Source: Macrostomum lignano
Lineage: Eukaryota
Reading direction: 5' to 3'
Length of the DNA stretch: 64,000 nt
NCBI GenBank assembly: GCA_002269645.1
Contig: NIVC01003893.1
Span: forward strand, 1-64,000
The notes beneath the pieces were generated by a model. That model made no database searches. It was not told the origin of the DNA and worked only from the letters and a program-made list of their open reading frames with translations. How positions within the stretch are numbered: the stretch's first letter is position 1; every line of letters starts with the position of its first letter. A program made the position numbers and the translations under genes. Below are positions 1-12,212 of the stretch, in pieces.

Positions 1-131
1 GGCGGAGGAGGCGGAGGAGTACAGAACGAGGCCCAGCCAGTCCCAAACCAACCAGTTTTAGCCAAACTCAACCCTCTACACCGACGCCAAAAGCCTGAAC
101 GCGAAAAAAGCCGTACCGTTCTACTCTGTTG

Positions 132-145
132 GTTGCCCTAGCGAC
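132..145 (+). promoter_or_regulatory. RFX X-box-like motif GTTGCCCTAGCGAC upstream of the ciliary FAM166-like gene
   Basis: Near-palindromic GTTGCC-N2-AGCGAC resembles the RFX consensus GTNRCC-N0-3-RGYAAC. It lies ~245 bp upstream of ATG 391 of a ciliary gene family member. Confidence 0.55.
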
Positions 146-390
146 CGGAACCTTCGTCTTGGAAGCGCCTGTGTCCCCCCTTGCCCTCTAGCCGCCGCCT
201 GTTGAGATGAGGGGGGGGTTGTGTGTCGCATTTTAAACTCACCGAAATGCCGGGCTTTGCACCGGTTCAATTTGTTAGGATAAAACACAGAAGACCGTTG
301 AAAGTTAATTAACGGCATAGTTTTTTTCCGAAGAAGCGTTTGTTTTCTTCGTCAATAGCCAGCTGCCAGAGAAGCTTAAGCCAGTCCAGC

Positions 391-2315
391 ATGACCACGG
401 TGCAGTACGGTGCGGTCAACCATCGAGCAGCGCAGGGCCTTCGTCAATCTCCGCCCTGGCTCCCACATCCCAGGCTACGCTGGCTTCAATCCAGTTGAAG
501 TTCAACTCCGGCAAGACTACGGCGAGCAGACCGCCCGAGCTGTCCAAATCGTTTCCTCACAAGCGCATGGTCGACATCGGGGCCGCTCTGGACGCTCGCA
601 AAGGCGGCGCCTCCGCCGCCTGCCAGCAAGCCGGAGTAGCCGAAGCTCAGGGACTTCGGCTGCCCAAGTCGACTGGCGACACAAGTACATCGACGGCATG
701 CTGCCGCTACACTGGCTACGTGCCAACTCTGATCAATCGATTCGGGGCACCTATCGCAATCTGTGCGACGAGTCCGTGGACGAGTTCGTGCGCAACTACG
801 AGCACCGGGAGGACAAAGCGACCGATTTGAAGCGCGCCTCAACCGCTTTTCCTCAGCTGGCGTCGCTGCGAGGCGATCCGGCGGTCAGGACCACTGAACT
901 CTGGGCCGATAGGAAGCCCAGGGCCGATGGAAAACGGCAGAATCTGGAGCCGCCAATTCCAGGATACCAGGTGAAACTGACTACGGACACTGCTGTGATG
1001 CTTTGCGAGTAATGATTCGATTCCTGTTTACTCAGATTTATGTCTGTTGAGACATAATTATCTACGTAGATACACTTATCTCTCTACAGCGATTCGCATC
1101 TCTTCAGTGGAAATCCAAACGTTAAAAGAGGCATCTCGATCAGTATTCTTACAGACACCAATTAAAATCTTTACAGTGACACTCAGTCTTCACCAGAGAC
1201 AATCCCATCTTCACACCAGAGACAACCCAATCCTCACCAGAGACACCCAATCTCACCAGAGACACCTGATATTTACCAGAGACATCCAATCTTCACCAGA
1301 GACAACCCAATCTTCACACCAGAGACAACCCAATCCTACCAGAGACACCCAATCTTCACCAGAGACACCTGCTCTTTACCAGAGACATCCCAATCTTCAC
1401 CAGAGACAACCCAATCTTCACACCAGAGACAACCAATCCTCACCAGAGACACCCAATCTTCACCAGAGACACCTGCTCTTTACCAGAGACATCCCAATCT
1501 TCACCAGAGACAACCCAATCTTCACACAGAGACAACCAATCCTCACCAGAGACAACCCAATCTTCACCAGAGACACCTGATCTTTATCAGAGACATCCCA
1601 TCTTCACCAGACATCCCAATCTTCACCAGAGACACTTGATCTTCACCAGAGACGTCCCAATCTTCACCAGACATCCTAATCTTCACACAGACATCCTAAT
1701 CTTCACCAGAGACACTCAATCTTCACAGAAGCACACACAGTTTTTATAGAGACACCCAACTTTACCAGAGAAACTTCACCAAATCTTCCATAATCTACCC
1801 ACACGCAATCTTCACAGACGCATCAATCTTCATTAAGACACCAATTTCCAAAGGGATAACTAAGTGTTCACCAAAGACACCCCGGCCCTGTGTTTACAGA
1901 GTCGCCCCAATATGAAGGGACTTTTCAAATTTTTAGCACTATAAAAACATCTTATAGTTTTACTGTCGATGCCTAAACCTTACAGGGCTACGTTCCCCGA
2001 GTGTACACAACCCAAGCCGGCCTGGGCTGCCGCTATCACGAGATGACGCGCAACGGCTTGGAGATGTTCAATTCGGAGACCAAATCCGGTAGCGCCAGGG
2101 TTGCAACAGCCAGGCCGGCGTGCGGCCGCGAGCCGGTCGCCCTCGACGGCAACCGGTGTACCAGCAGGAGGGCATGAAGCCGGCCTACACTGGCTACGTG
2201 CCAAGGCGCAGGTTCAACTTCGTCACACCTACGGCGAAACTACGCGCACCTGCCAGTGTGTCAGCACTCCTATCCAACCTACGGAAACTACGTCAGGTCG
2301 TTGACAGCTAATTGA
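391..2315 (+). CDS. FAM166B: FAM166/CIMIP2-like ciliary microtubule inner protein; 2 exons (391-970, 1986-2315); multiply frameshifted as assembled (sequence error or pseudogene)
   Basis: Repeated (P)GY(T/A)G(Y/F)xP...F..G.TYG motifs: HIPGYAGFNP, YTGYVPTLINRFG, PIPGYQ|GYVPRVY, MKPAYTGYVPRRRFNF..HTYGETTR. Phase-0 intron CAG|GT (971) ... TACAG|G (1985) joins PGYQ to GYVP. The protein must be stitched across at least 6 frame switches in exon 1 and more in exon 2. Confidence 0.7.
1185..1730. repeat. Intronic minisatellite, ~20-bp unit (CCAATCTTCACCAGAGACA)
   Basis: Degenerate tandem array inside the FAM166-like intron; explains ORF 1047..1580. Confidence 0.9.
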
Positions 2316-2814
2316 CGCCGCTGCCGGATGACCTCAGTTGACGGGAAGAGAACAAGTTAAAGAACAAGTCTGAAAATGAAATTGGATTGCTTCGCTTTTT
2401 CGCCGTTTTCTCTTTCTAAATTTTGTTTTACTGCTCAACAATCTGATCTTCTCGTTTAATTTGCTTTCGTTCAAACTATTTTTTCCGGAAGCTGTATCGA
2501 TTGACTTTTTCTAGGAATCTTCTGCTTGGAATTTAAAACTGTTGAATTTGGGGTTTTCCAATTTTTTTTTCTTAATTCTGCTGCGAACAATAACTTTGAT
2601 GTGTTGCTTTGCTTCTTAGATTAGATTGTTGCGAAAATTAGAGAAACTTTCCTTACGCTCGCATAACAGACTGCCGGATTTTCTGCCTAGTTCTGGAGTC
2701 TACTGTAAACAAAATGAAAACGTAATAATATACATAATGTAGAGTGTAATTCTTTTGCTACTAAATAGACAAACTAATGTTGGGTTCTAGTTCATAATAT
2801 TGGAAGTCATTAGT

Positions 2815-3722
2815 GAGCAAGTTTTGAGCTCATGAGTGAGTTTACGGGTGAGTTCATGAGTGAGGTTATGTGTGAGTTCAAGGGTAGTTTGTGAGTGAGT
2901 TCATGAGTGAGTTCATGGGTAAGTTCATGGGTGAGTTCATGGGTGAGTTCATGAGTGAGTTCATGAGTGAGTTCATGGGTAAGTTCATGGGTGAGTTCAT
3001 GGTGAGTTCAAGGGTAGTTTGTGAGTGAGTTCATGAGTGAGTTCATGGGTAAGTTCATGGGAGTTCATGGGTGAGTTCATGAGTGAGTTCATGAGTGAGT
3101 TCATGGGTGAGTTCATGGGTAAGTTCATGGGTGAGTTCATGGTGAGTTCATGGGTGAGTTCATGAGTGAGTTCATGGGTGAGTTCATGAGTGAGTTCATG
3201 CGTGAGTTCATGGTGAGGTCAGGGGTAAGTTCATGGGTGAGTTCATGGGTGAGTTCATGAGTGAGTTCATGAGTGAGTTCATGGGTGAGTTCATGGGTAA
3301 GTTCATGGGTGAGTTCATGGGTGAGTTCATGAGTGAGTTCATGGGTGAGTTCATGAGTGAGTTCATGGGTGAGTTCATGAGTGAGTTCATGGGTGAGTTC
3401 ATGAGTGAGTTCATGAGTGAGTTCATGGGTAAGTTCATGGGTGAGTTCATGGGTGAGTTCATGAGTGAGTTCATGGGTGAGTTCATGAGTGAGTGCAGGG
3501 GTGAGTTCATGAGTGAGTTCATGGGTGAGTTCATGAGTGAGTTCATGAGTGAGTTCATGGGTGAGTTCATGGGTGAGTTCATGGGTGAGTTCATGGGTGA
3601 GTTCATGGGTGAGTTCATGAGTGAGTGCAGGGGTGAGTTCATGGGTGAGTTCATGGGTGAGTTCATGGGTGAGTTCATGGGTGAGTTCGAGTTCATGGGT
3701 GAGTTCATGGGTGAGTTCACGC
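2815..3722. repeat. 12-bp minisatellite (GAGTTCATG[G/A]GT)n
   Basis: Direct tandem array; source of the MNSP/MGEF artefact ORFs. Confidence 0.95.
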
Positions 3723-4401
3723 GAGTGCTTTGCTGAACTATTTAAAAGCGGCAGAAGCTATTGACCCGAAAGCTAAAAGTTTCAATGCCTCCACTAAAGC
3801 TTTCACGTAGAATTTACGGAGAATATTTGAATAGCGGATACTTTTAGTTACCGCTTATAAACTCAAAAATATACAGCAAAATCGATTTTTCATACGCTCT
3901 TGAAATTCACGTTCTCCTTGCTTGGCTTTAACTGTTGAATAGACCATTCACTCTACACTCTCTGTGCCTTCGCGGTTGACCTTCAGGTGTCCAAGACACG
4001 CGAAATACATGGTATGCTACCATGAGGAAAAGCATACGTGTCATTTCTTATATTTATTAAGGACATCAGTAGTATGATGCGGACATTTGAAATGAAATTC
4101 TACTGTGCTTATTGAAAATACCAACGAATAGATGCAAAATGTACTTCACTTCGATCTCTTTGTTAATTTGACGTGTTTCAATTCCTGGTAATATTTTGCA
4201 CTTCGTTTTCGTTTAGCACTACGGCATGGCTGTTTGAACTCCTCCTGCCCTTGAATTGTGCTGGGCATTGGAGGTGAATCCCGGAGATGCTTGGCCAGCG
4301 AATCCATTGCTGATCTGATCGACAGCGCGTGAAGCTGCGGCTGAAATCCGTACAAGGGTTGCCGTGTCAAGGATGCGATACATGTGATTTTATAATTTTG
4401 T

Positions 4402-4562
4402 GACGGTGGCGCCCAACTAGTGGTGACGGGTGGCGCCCAACTAGTGGTTACGCGTGGTGCCCAACTATTGCTGACGCGTGGCGCCAAAAAATGGTGACGG
4501 GTGGCGCCCAACAAGTGGCGACGGATGGCGCCCAACTAGTGGCGACGGATGGCACCAAACTG
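4402..4562. repeat. Short array of ~23-bp units (GGTGGCGCCCAACTAGTGGTGACG)
   Basis: About 7 degenerate copies immediately downstream of the cGLR stop codon. Confidence 0.8.
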
Positions 4563-4656
4563 TTACTGGGTTGAAAATCTTCTGCCTGGTGATTACCAAA
4601 TTTTGAGAAGCACAACCTTGACAATTAACCCCTCTCGAGTGTCTCCTATCTGAGAA

Positions 4657-6077
4657 TCAGTTTGAGCTCACCCTGGCTTCAATGAAGTTTACAACAGTTG
4701 AATTCAGCATGGACTCGGTGATCAAGTCTCGATTCCTGTGCACAGCCTGCACCAGCAGTTGATCATCCTGTCCAGGTCGGTAGTAATGCAGCAGCATCAG
4801 CAGCTCCTGAGGATCTGAATCGCCATCCGCAGCGCTGGCAAACAGATCCGCGGCATTCCAGCGGTTTGAATACTCCAGCTGAATAGCCTTCATCAATGCG
4901 TCGAAGTTCATGTAGTAGCAATCGTCGTAGTTAACCAGGCGAGATGGAAACGCTTCCCGGATGTGGTTTGGCAGGAAGTTGAACACCGGATTGACATCGG
5001 TTTGCTTGAAGCTGAAGCTGAACTTCCACGCGGAGTCAGTCCGCTTCATCTGCTTCCAGACGAACTGTTCAGCCTCTTCGACAGATGCCGGAGATACTTC
5101 TTCAGATTCTGCTTTCAAGTGGCCAGCAACTTTTCTGCTGACTGTGCTGGTCAACTGAGAAGCGTCCAAACGGTTGCCAACTTTGAGACTGGCCAGAGCC
5201 TTCAAGCACTCTCTGGTTGTCTTCGCGCTGTCAGGAATTCTATCGATGCTGCTCATTAACTGGGCGAGTTGAGTTCTCTTATCGAACTCAGCAAACAGTT
5301 GAACCAATGCCCTGTAAACTAGATCGTCAATTTGGTAGAACTTTATTTTACCAGCAGCAGGAATTTCCTGCTTTTTGGGCATCTGAACTTCGGGAAGAAA
5401 CAGAAATGGATGAAACTCGATACTGCCAAGCTCAGTTGGGATTAAACCGAGCTCGAACTCCTCTAGCAGACTCGGCAAGTTCTCGATCACTAAGCGGACT
5501 TCCCGAGCTATGGTAGACTTTTCGTCGTGACCTTTGTGCAAATAGATCGCCGCGTCCTGAAGGAAGAAGTGGCGCATGCACTCCATCGAACTTGCCGATG
5601 GTTCGTGGAGCTGTCTGACTAAAATCGATAGCGACTCCTCAACAAGGCTGATGAGGTTCTCCGGCCTCTGCCACTCTTCCTCGGGCGTCTTGTCCAGCAT
5701 GTAGAACAGCAGGTTCTTGGCGTGGTAGCTCTTTAATCCCTTGACGCGTCGTCCAATGACTTTTTTAATCAGATATTTCAAAACGACAAAGACCTGGCCC
5801 TGCAGACTCGTTAGGCTCTGCATCAGCCTGCGTTCCAACAGATTCGTACTGACCCGCATCCGGTCGCCCGTCAACTCGGGAGGAGCTGCCGCGACCACGT
5901 GGCACCAAGCCAACTGTACTTCGTCTCGGAGAGCTTGCAGCACGCTAGGTCGTATTTGCGACACGTGACTGGTCTGGAGCAGCCAGATGGGTGGATAGGA
6001 ACAGCAGGGATAAGCTTTGACGTGATCCACCGCAGGCTTCAGTATGGTTCCAGCCTCTGGCACGCTGGGACTTGACA
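4657..6077 (-). CDS. ANK-cGLR exon 4 (third catalytic Asp, Mab-21 C-lobe, helical tail)
   Basis: KPAVDHVKAYPCCSYPP, LERRLMQSL, KSYHAKNLLFYMLDK, MRHFFLQD. The phase-1 acceptor at 6078 is weak. An alternative at 6099 would need a 1-nt indel in an A-run. Confidence 0.85.
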
Positions 6078-9000
6078 CTGCAATTTGTACAGGTTTTTTC
6101 TGCATAGATTAAATTCGGTTTCTCATGCATATACATGTATATAGATATGGGGGCAGAGCAGATCAGCGGTAAACGCGTCCAACTCTTGCGTCACGACCCC
6201 TGGTTCGATTCCGTGGGCGGTCACATTAGTTTGGGGCTTGTGAACAAATAGTGATTGGCCTGGGAGGTCTTGCGATTCAAACTCGTGAGGGTCAACCACC
6301 AAGGCACAGAGAGTGTACATGACTAAAGATTAGAAATTCAGGGCCGCTGTACACCCTATGTGAGCTTGTGTATGAGTTCGTGCCTGCGTACAGTATTGGC
6401 GAGCTCGTATGTGCTCAGGAGTCATCGGAATGGGCAGAATCGCCTCATCCCTGGTTGATGTCGTTGAAGGCGTTACGCCAAGGTGCTTATAAACTTTCTA
6501 CGAACATTTCATTTATTTTATTTATACGACGCAGATACGAGTAGTAGAATGTAGAATATGCTTCTTGAAATTTTAAAGGTTAAGCGGAGTTTGGCTGCGG
6601 TTAGCTGAATGGGCTGCTTGCGCCTGTCTGAATCCGAGGTGCGATGGAAATACAATGAGGCAGTTTCATACAATTTTAACGAGTCAGGCATATTTTTTCT
6701 TCGATCTTTTCTGCTCTCACATGACTGCATCTTCACGGGGTGAATTAATTTGCCATAAAATATGATAAGATCCAAATGTAGCGACTTCTGCTCTCCTTCA
6801 GTACACCATGTACTCTTCGTTGTGTACTCTCTCGTGCAATTCAGTCTAGCCTTCTCTCTCTCACCCTTTCTTCACTCTGATTGGTCCTCACTTCGTCCCT
6901 CTTTAGCCTCTCGTTCCCACTCCAGCCCCTCCATTTCTTTTATTTGAGTTCTTCACCTTTCTCCTCCGAAGGAGGAGTTCCACTTGTTTCTAATAAAAAT
7001 AAACTGTTGTGGGCTTCGGCCTTCCTCACTGACTCTACACTGACCCCTTCTGTTGCTAAAGTATTCTCTCAGCCTCCATGCTAGCTTTATTAATTATTTT
7101 TTCGACACCAAGTGGAATGTATAACAACCTACCATGCACTTTATAATCGATGTGGCCATCCGAATACTGCACTGGGACACAGTCGGTCTTTGAGCACATT
7201 CCAATCGGTGTGCAGCCAATCAGATGAAACGGCGGCATCGCTTCGATGCACGTGAGGTCAATGTCCGAGCCGACCTCGATTCGTCCGTCCAGCCTTGACA
7301 AGCAGTTGCCCCAACCGTCTGCGTAGCTGCCAACGACAAAGTAGCCGGCCTGGTTCTTGCTTCTGATAATCTTTTGCAGTACCGCAGCGGCGCCGCTTTG
7401 CAGAACGGAGTTCTCCCGACTGAAGCCCGAGAGCAGAAGTGACTGATGCAGCCGGAGGCTGTGTTGGACTGTGCTTTCCAATCTGGAGAATTGTTTGAAA
7501 CTTGATTGCATAAATGTGTCTAAATTTGGCTTTGCTTCCTTTCTATTAAACAGGCCCTTCCTGTTCCGTGTAAATCGTATAAGTATTCGGAGGGCAGCAG
7601 ACACCCTGGCGCAACGCCTACGGTGATATCGTCCTGCAACAAGTGGCGAGGCAATTCTACCCAGTCCGCTGATTCCTGAGCACATACTGTACGCAGGCAC
7701 GCACTCATACACACGCTCACACAGGGTGTACAGCAGCCCTTTGAGTTTCTGATTGTCAGGCATGTACACCCTGACTTTCACATGTCAGGGTGTGAATCGC
7801 AGGACAACTCCATTGGTCAATTTTCGTGCACACAAGCCGTAAATAAATGTGGCCACACACGGGATCAAACCACGTGTCTGTGAGCGAGCGTCGGATCAAG
7901 GACAACTGTATATAGCTATATACAGTGGTCCTTGCGTCGGACGCGTTTACCGACTGCTGTTCCCCTCTTTTCCTGGTTCTGAGATTTCGGTAACTCACCG
8001 ATGAACTGGCGGCAGGATGCTTCTTTTCATTGCTATAAATCTTTTGAACTCTTCAACGAAAACTTCAGAACCAGTTAGGCCTGACAAGTCGTTTAGGTCG
8101 CTTGAGTGCAACAATTGCGACTCAGACAGGGAAGCGAGAACCTCAATCTGGCCCCTGTAGCACGCAAAAGCGAAGCACTTCAACTCGTCGAGGAGCATCC
8201 TGTTCCAATGTTGTCGCGTCCTACGGCGTGGATTTCTGCACGATCGAAGATAGTTCAGAACTCGAATGCACCCGTTTTGAGCAGCAAGCCACAGTGGTGA
8301 CATGCCCACAGGGTCCAGGACATCAACGTTAACTCCGGCATCCAGCAGATTGATTGCGGCTTCTTCCTGACGCATGTCGATAGCTAACACAAGCGAGCTG
8401 GTACCGGATGCGCTGACGCGGTTCAGATCCGATCCGGCTTCAATCAGGGCGCCAATCACGCCAATATTTCCGGACCGCACCGCTATGCCTAGTGGAGTCA
8501 GATGGCCTTCGCCGACTATGTTGAAATTCGCGCCGGCTTTGAGCAGCTGCAACGCCACCGCCAAGTGACCCTCGCGCGAGGCGATCCACAATGGGCTGCA
8601 ACCGAAGCAGTTGCAGTCGTCAGTTCGGGCTCCAGCCTTCAGAAGCAACTCGACTACGCGAGTGTGGCCACCCTCGGAGGCGAAATAGAGTGCCGAGCAG
8701 CCCTCGAACCCAGACTGATTCACATTCGCTCCAAACTTTAGCAGCTCACGAACACACTCAGCGTGACCTTCGAGTGAAGCGGATGTCAGTGGACTGTTGC
8801 CAATCGTGCTGAGCACGTCCACTTTAGCTCTGTACTTCAGCAGCAGACGCGTGACCTTCAGATGTCCATTAGACACTGCAGCGTGTAATGGCGAACTGCC
8901 CATGTTATCGCAGCGATCAACAGTGGCACCAGCCCTGAGTAGACGCAACACGGTGCTGACGTGTCCGTGATCTGCCGCCGTCCATAGAGGGGAAGCATCG

Positions 9001-9947
9001 GTGCAGTCTGCAAGTTCAATGTCCGCCCCAGCTCGAATGAGCTCGTCAACGACCTTGACGTGACCATTCTGGGCGGCGATCCACAGTGATGTGCTGCCGT
9101 CATTCATTGGAAGATTCAGCAGAGCGACGCTGCACATTTCCGTTGAAAGCAGAAGCCGGACAAAGGACGCGTAACCGTTCTGGGCCGCAATATACAGAGG
9201 CGTGTAGCCATCTTCAGCTTGCTGGCTGATGTCAGCGCCAGCATTGATTAGCAGCGTCGCCACCTTCACGTGACCGTACTGCGCGGCAATGTGCATCGGC
9301 GACCAGCCCCTGTTCTCCGGTAGGTCGCAGTCCGCACCAGCGGCCAGCAACGCGGCTACTGTTGCCGTTCGACGGTTCTGAACCGCCACGTAGAGCGGCG
9401 TGGCGCCGAACTCTTGGCGCGGATTCAGCAGAGCTCCGGCGGAGATCAGCCGCTTGACAACGCGGACGTGACCGCGCCAAGCGGCTGCGCACAGCGGCGT
9501 CCAGCCGTTGCGCTGTCGCTTGTTCAGTCGGGCACCAGTTCGAATCAGGCGGTCCACTTCTGATGGCGAGGTAAAATATGCTGCAGTCAATAAAAGCTTT
9601 TCACATTCAGTCTCTGCATTTTGCATCTTTTGCACTAGAGGCTTTAGCACCAGGGGCTTTAGCACCAGGGGCTTTAGCACCAGGGGCTTTAGAACCAGGG
9701 GCTTTAGCACCAGGAGCTTTATCACCAGGGGCTTTAGCACCAGGGGCTTTAGCACCAGGGGCTTTAGCACCAGGGGCTTTAGCACCAGGGGCGCCAGCAA
9801 TGAACCTAACCAAAACTGCCCCACAAGCAAGTGTCTCCAGCAACAAGCCGACTCACCCTGCAGGTCGCCTCTGTCAGCTGCCAGCCACAGAGCTGACCGG
9901 CCATCCGGCAGAACTTTTCGATCCGAGCTTCGATTTGTCTCATGCAT
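4657..9947 (-). CDS. Ankyrin-repeat / cGAS-like (Mab-21 family) nucleotidyltransferase fusion, 4 exons, ~1160 aa
   Basis: Exons 9947-9857, 9559-7999, 7542-7133, 6077-4657 total 3483 nt (1161 codons including stop), with compatible phases 1/2/1. Donors are GTGAGT, GTGAGT and GTAGGT. About 14 ankyrin repeats are followed by NTase motifs GSYADG, SDID and AVDHV, then Mab-21-type SYHAKNLLFYML and MRHFFL. Confidence 0.8.
6150..6490 (+). mobile_element. tRNA-derived SINE, family A (in ANK-cGLR intron 3)
   Basis: tRNA-like head GGGGCAGAGCAGATCAGCGGTAAACGCGTCC...GGTTCGATTCC (A/B boxes). The body GTGTACATG...CTGTACACCC.TGTGAGC recurs at 7570-7900 (-), 17720-17880 (+) and 43190-43345 (-). Confidence 0.7.
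7133..7542 (-). CDS. ANK-cGLR exon 3 (nucleotidyltransferase GS and DxD motifs)
   Basis: Acceptor CTGTTTAATAG|A (phase 2). YFVVGSYADGWGN...DGRIEVGSDIDLT. Donor CAT G|GTAGG. Confidence 0.8.
7570..7900 (-). mobile_element. tRNA-derived SINE, family A (in ANK-cGLR intron 2), inverted relative to the 6150-6490 copy
   Basis: Minus strand reads GGTTTGATCCCGTGTGTGGCCACATT...GTGTACATGCCTGACAATCAG...GCTGTACACCCTGTGTGAGC...GTGCCTGCGTACAGTAT.GTGCTCAGGA, collinear with the 6150-6490 copy. Confidence 0.75.
7999..9559 (-). CDS. ANK-cGLR exon 2 (ankyrin repeat array)
   Basis: Acceptor TTTTACCTCGCCATCAG|AA. Tandem G.(T/S)PL..AA..GH..VV..LL.AGA repeats. Ends CAT CG|GTGAGT. Confidence 0.9.
9637..9793. repeat. 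15-bp minisatellite (AGCACCAGGGGCTTT)n in ANK-cGLR intron 1
   Basis: About 10 copies; gives the spurious LVLKP run in ORF 7995..9983. Confidence 0.95.
9857..9947 (-). CDS. ANK-cGLR exon 1 (first half of ankyrin repeat 1)
   Basis: MHETNRSSDRKVLPDGRSALWLAADRGDLQ G|GTGAGT. Splicing to 9559 restores a gap-free ankyrin repeat, GRSALWLAADRGDLQEVDRLIRTGARLN. Further upstream exons cannot be excluded. Confidence 0.75.
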
Positions 9948-10374
9948 AAATAGCGTGTGGCATGAGCTCACTTTAGCATGCAAAATTACATGATTTGCAG
10001 TGCTTTTTACGAGCGTAAATTAAAAACACTGGCCCTAGCATATCATTACAAGTTAGAGAGCTAAAATTTTTCTTTCTTCAGAGCGTCAGCGTGTACACTT
10101 CAAATATGCACATTTAGAGCAGTGTACACGCCTAATGTTCAGCATGATTGCTTGCGTACTTTTCTTGTCAGTGAATAGTACGCAACTTCATGCCCTAACC
10201 ACCCTACTTATTTTAGTAGAGTAGAGTGGTGAGTTGGTAAGTAAGTGTACTCTTAAGAATCTGTTATTTGCGCTATTAAACAGCTATAGAAATAAAAAAA
10301 CAATTAGAAAACCTATAAGATGCGTGCCCACACGATTATAAGGTAAGGTAATAAATAGAATATGAGATTTGACG

Positions 10375-11320
10375 CGATGAGATTAGACAGACTGTAGATT
10401 AGACAGAATAAAAATAGAAAAGATGAGATTAGACAAGATATGATCAGACAGGATGATTTCAGACAGGATGACACTAGACAGGATGGGAATAGTCAGGATG
10501 AGAATAGACAGAATGAGACTAGACAGAATGAGACTAGACAGAATGAGACTAGACAGAATGAGAATAGACAGGATGAGACTAGACAGAATGAGACTAGACA
10601 GAATGAGAATAGACAGAATGAGAATAGACAGAATGAGAATAGACAGAATGAGATTAGACAGAATGAGAATAGACAGAATGAGACTAGACAGAATGAGACT
10701 AGACAGAATGAGAATAGACAGAATGAAATTAGACAGGATGAGACTAGACAGAATGAGACTAGACAGAATGAAATTAGACAGAATGAGAATAGACAGAATG
10801 AGACTAGACAGAATGAGACTAGACAGAATGAGACTAGACAGAATGAGACTAGACAGAATGAAATTAGACAGGATGAGACTAGACAGAATGAAATTAGACA
10901 GGATGAGACTAGACAGAATGAAATTAGACAGGATGAGACTAGACAGAATGAAATTAGACAGGATGAGACTAGACAGAATGAGAATAGACAGAATGAGACT
11001 AGACAGAATGAGAATAGACAGAATGAAATTAGACAGAATGAGAATAGACAGAATGAGACTAGACAGAATGAAATTAGACAGGATGAGACTAGACAGAATG
11101 AGACTAGACAGAATGAGAATAGACAGAATGAGACTAGACAGAATGAGAATAGACAGAATGAGACTAGACAGAATGAGAATAGACAGAATGAGACTAGACA
11201 GAATGAGACTAGACAGAATGAGACTAGACAGAATGAGACTAGACAGAATGAGAATAGACAGGATGAGACTAGACAGAATGAGAATAGACAGGATGAGACT
11301 AGACAGAATGAGATTAGATG
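10375..11320. repeat. 15-bp minisatellite (AGACTAGACAGAATG)n
   Basis: About 60 tandem copies; source of the ETRQN and MRLDR artefact ORFs. Confidence 0.95.
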
Positions 11321-11729
11321 GCAGTGAGTACTGTTTAGTTATGATGCGCTTAATTTAAAGGAACTGGCACAAAAGTAAAATGATACAAGTTGCAGTACAA
11401 CATAATCTATCTTCTATCGACAGAATCCTGAATTCAATAATGCACACACTTGCAGTGCTTGCCAAAAATATTCAACAGATTCATACCTCGAAGGCCATAG
11501 AAACAAGAACGATATGAAACTGGAATTCACACTTATGGCATACTTTCAACAGAATAGTTCAGTCTAACGAAAAAGTTCAGAGTAAAACTTACTGCCAATG
11601 TCATTTTACATGCATGAAAAATTGGACTGCACTGGATTTAACTGAACTGCAGGCCTCTTGGGGTGGCTTTCATTAAAAATTTAAATTCTTCATCCCCTAG
11701 GCAGGGCATGCAATTGAGCTGAGAAGGCT

Positions 11730-12212
<483 letters not shown>

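Noticed and set aside
3208-3736. Long repetitive ORFs (MNSP/MGEF; also 10440-11358, 11768-12283, 14086-14850, 32683-34143, 47724-48936 and others) as repeat proteins
   Set aside because: They are translations of micro/minisatellites, open in several frames or on both strands, with no splice or domain support.
7543-7781. N-terminal part of ORF 7056..7781 (MKVRVYMPD...) as cGLR coding sequence
   Set aside because: It is SINE family A sequence found at three other sites in the window.
9560-9856. LVLKP-repeat N-terminus or a start at MQNAE (9626) for the ankyrin ORF
   Set aside because: The segment is bounded by GTGAGT and a pyrimidine-rich CAG, and removing it restores a perfect ankyrin repeat. 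It is an intron.
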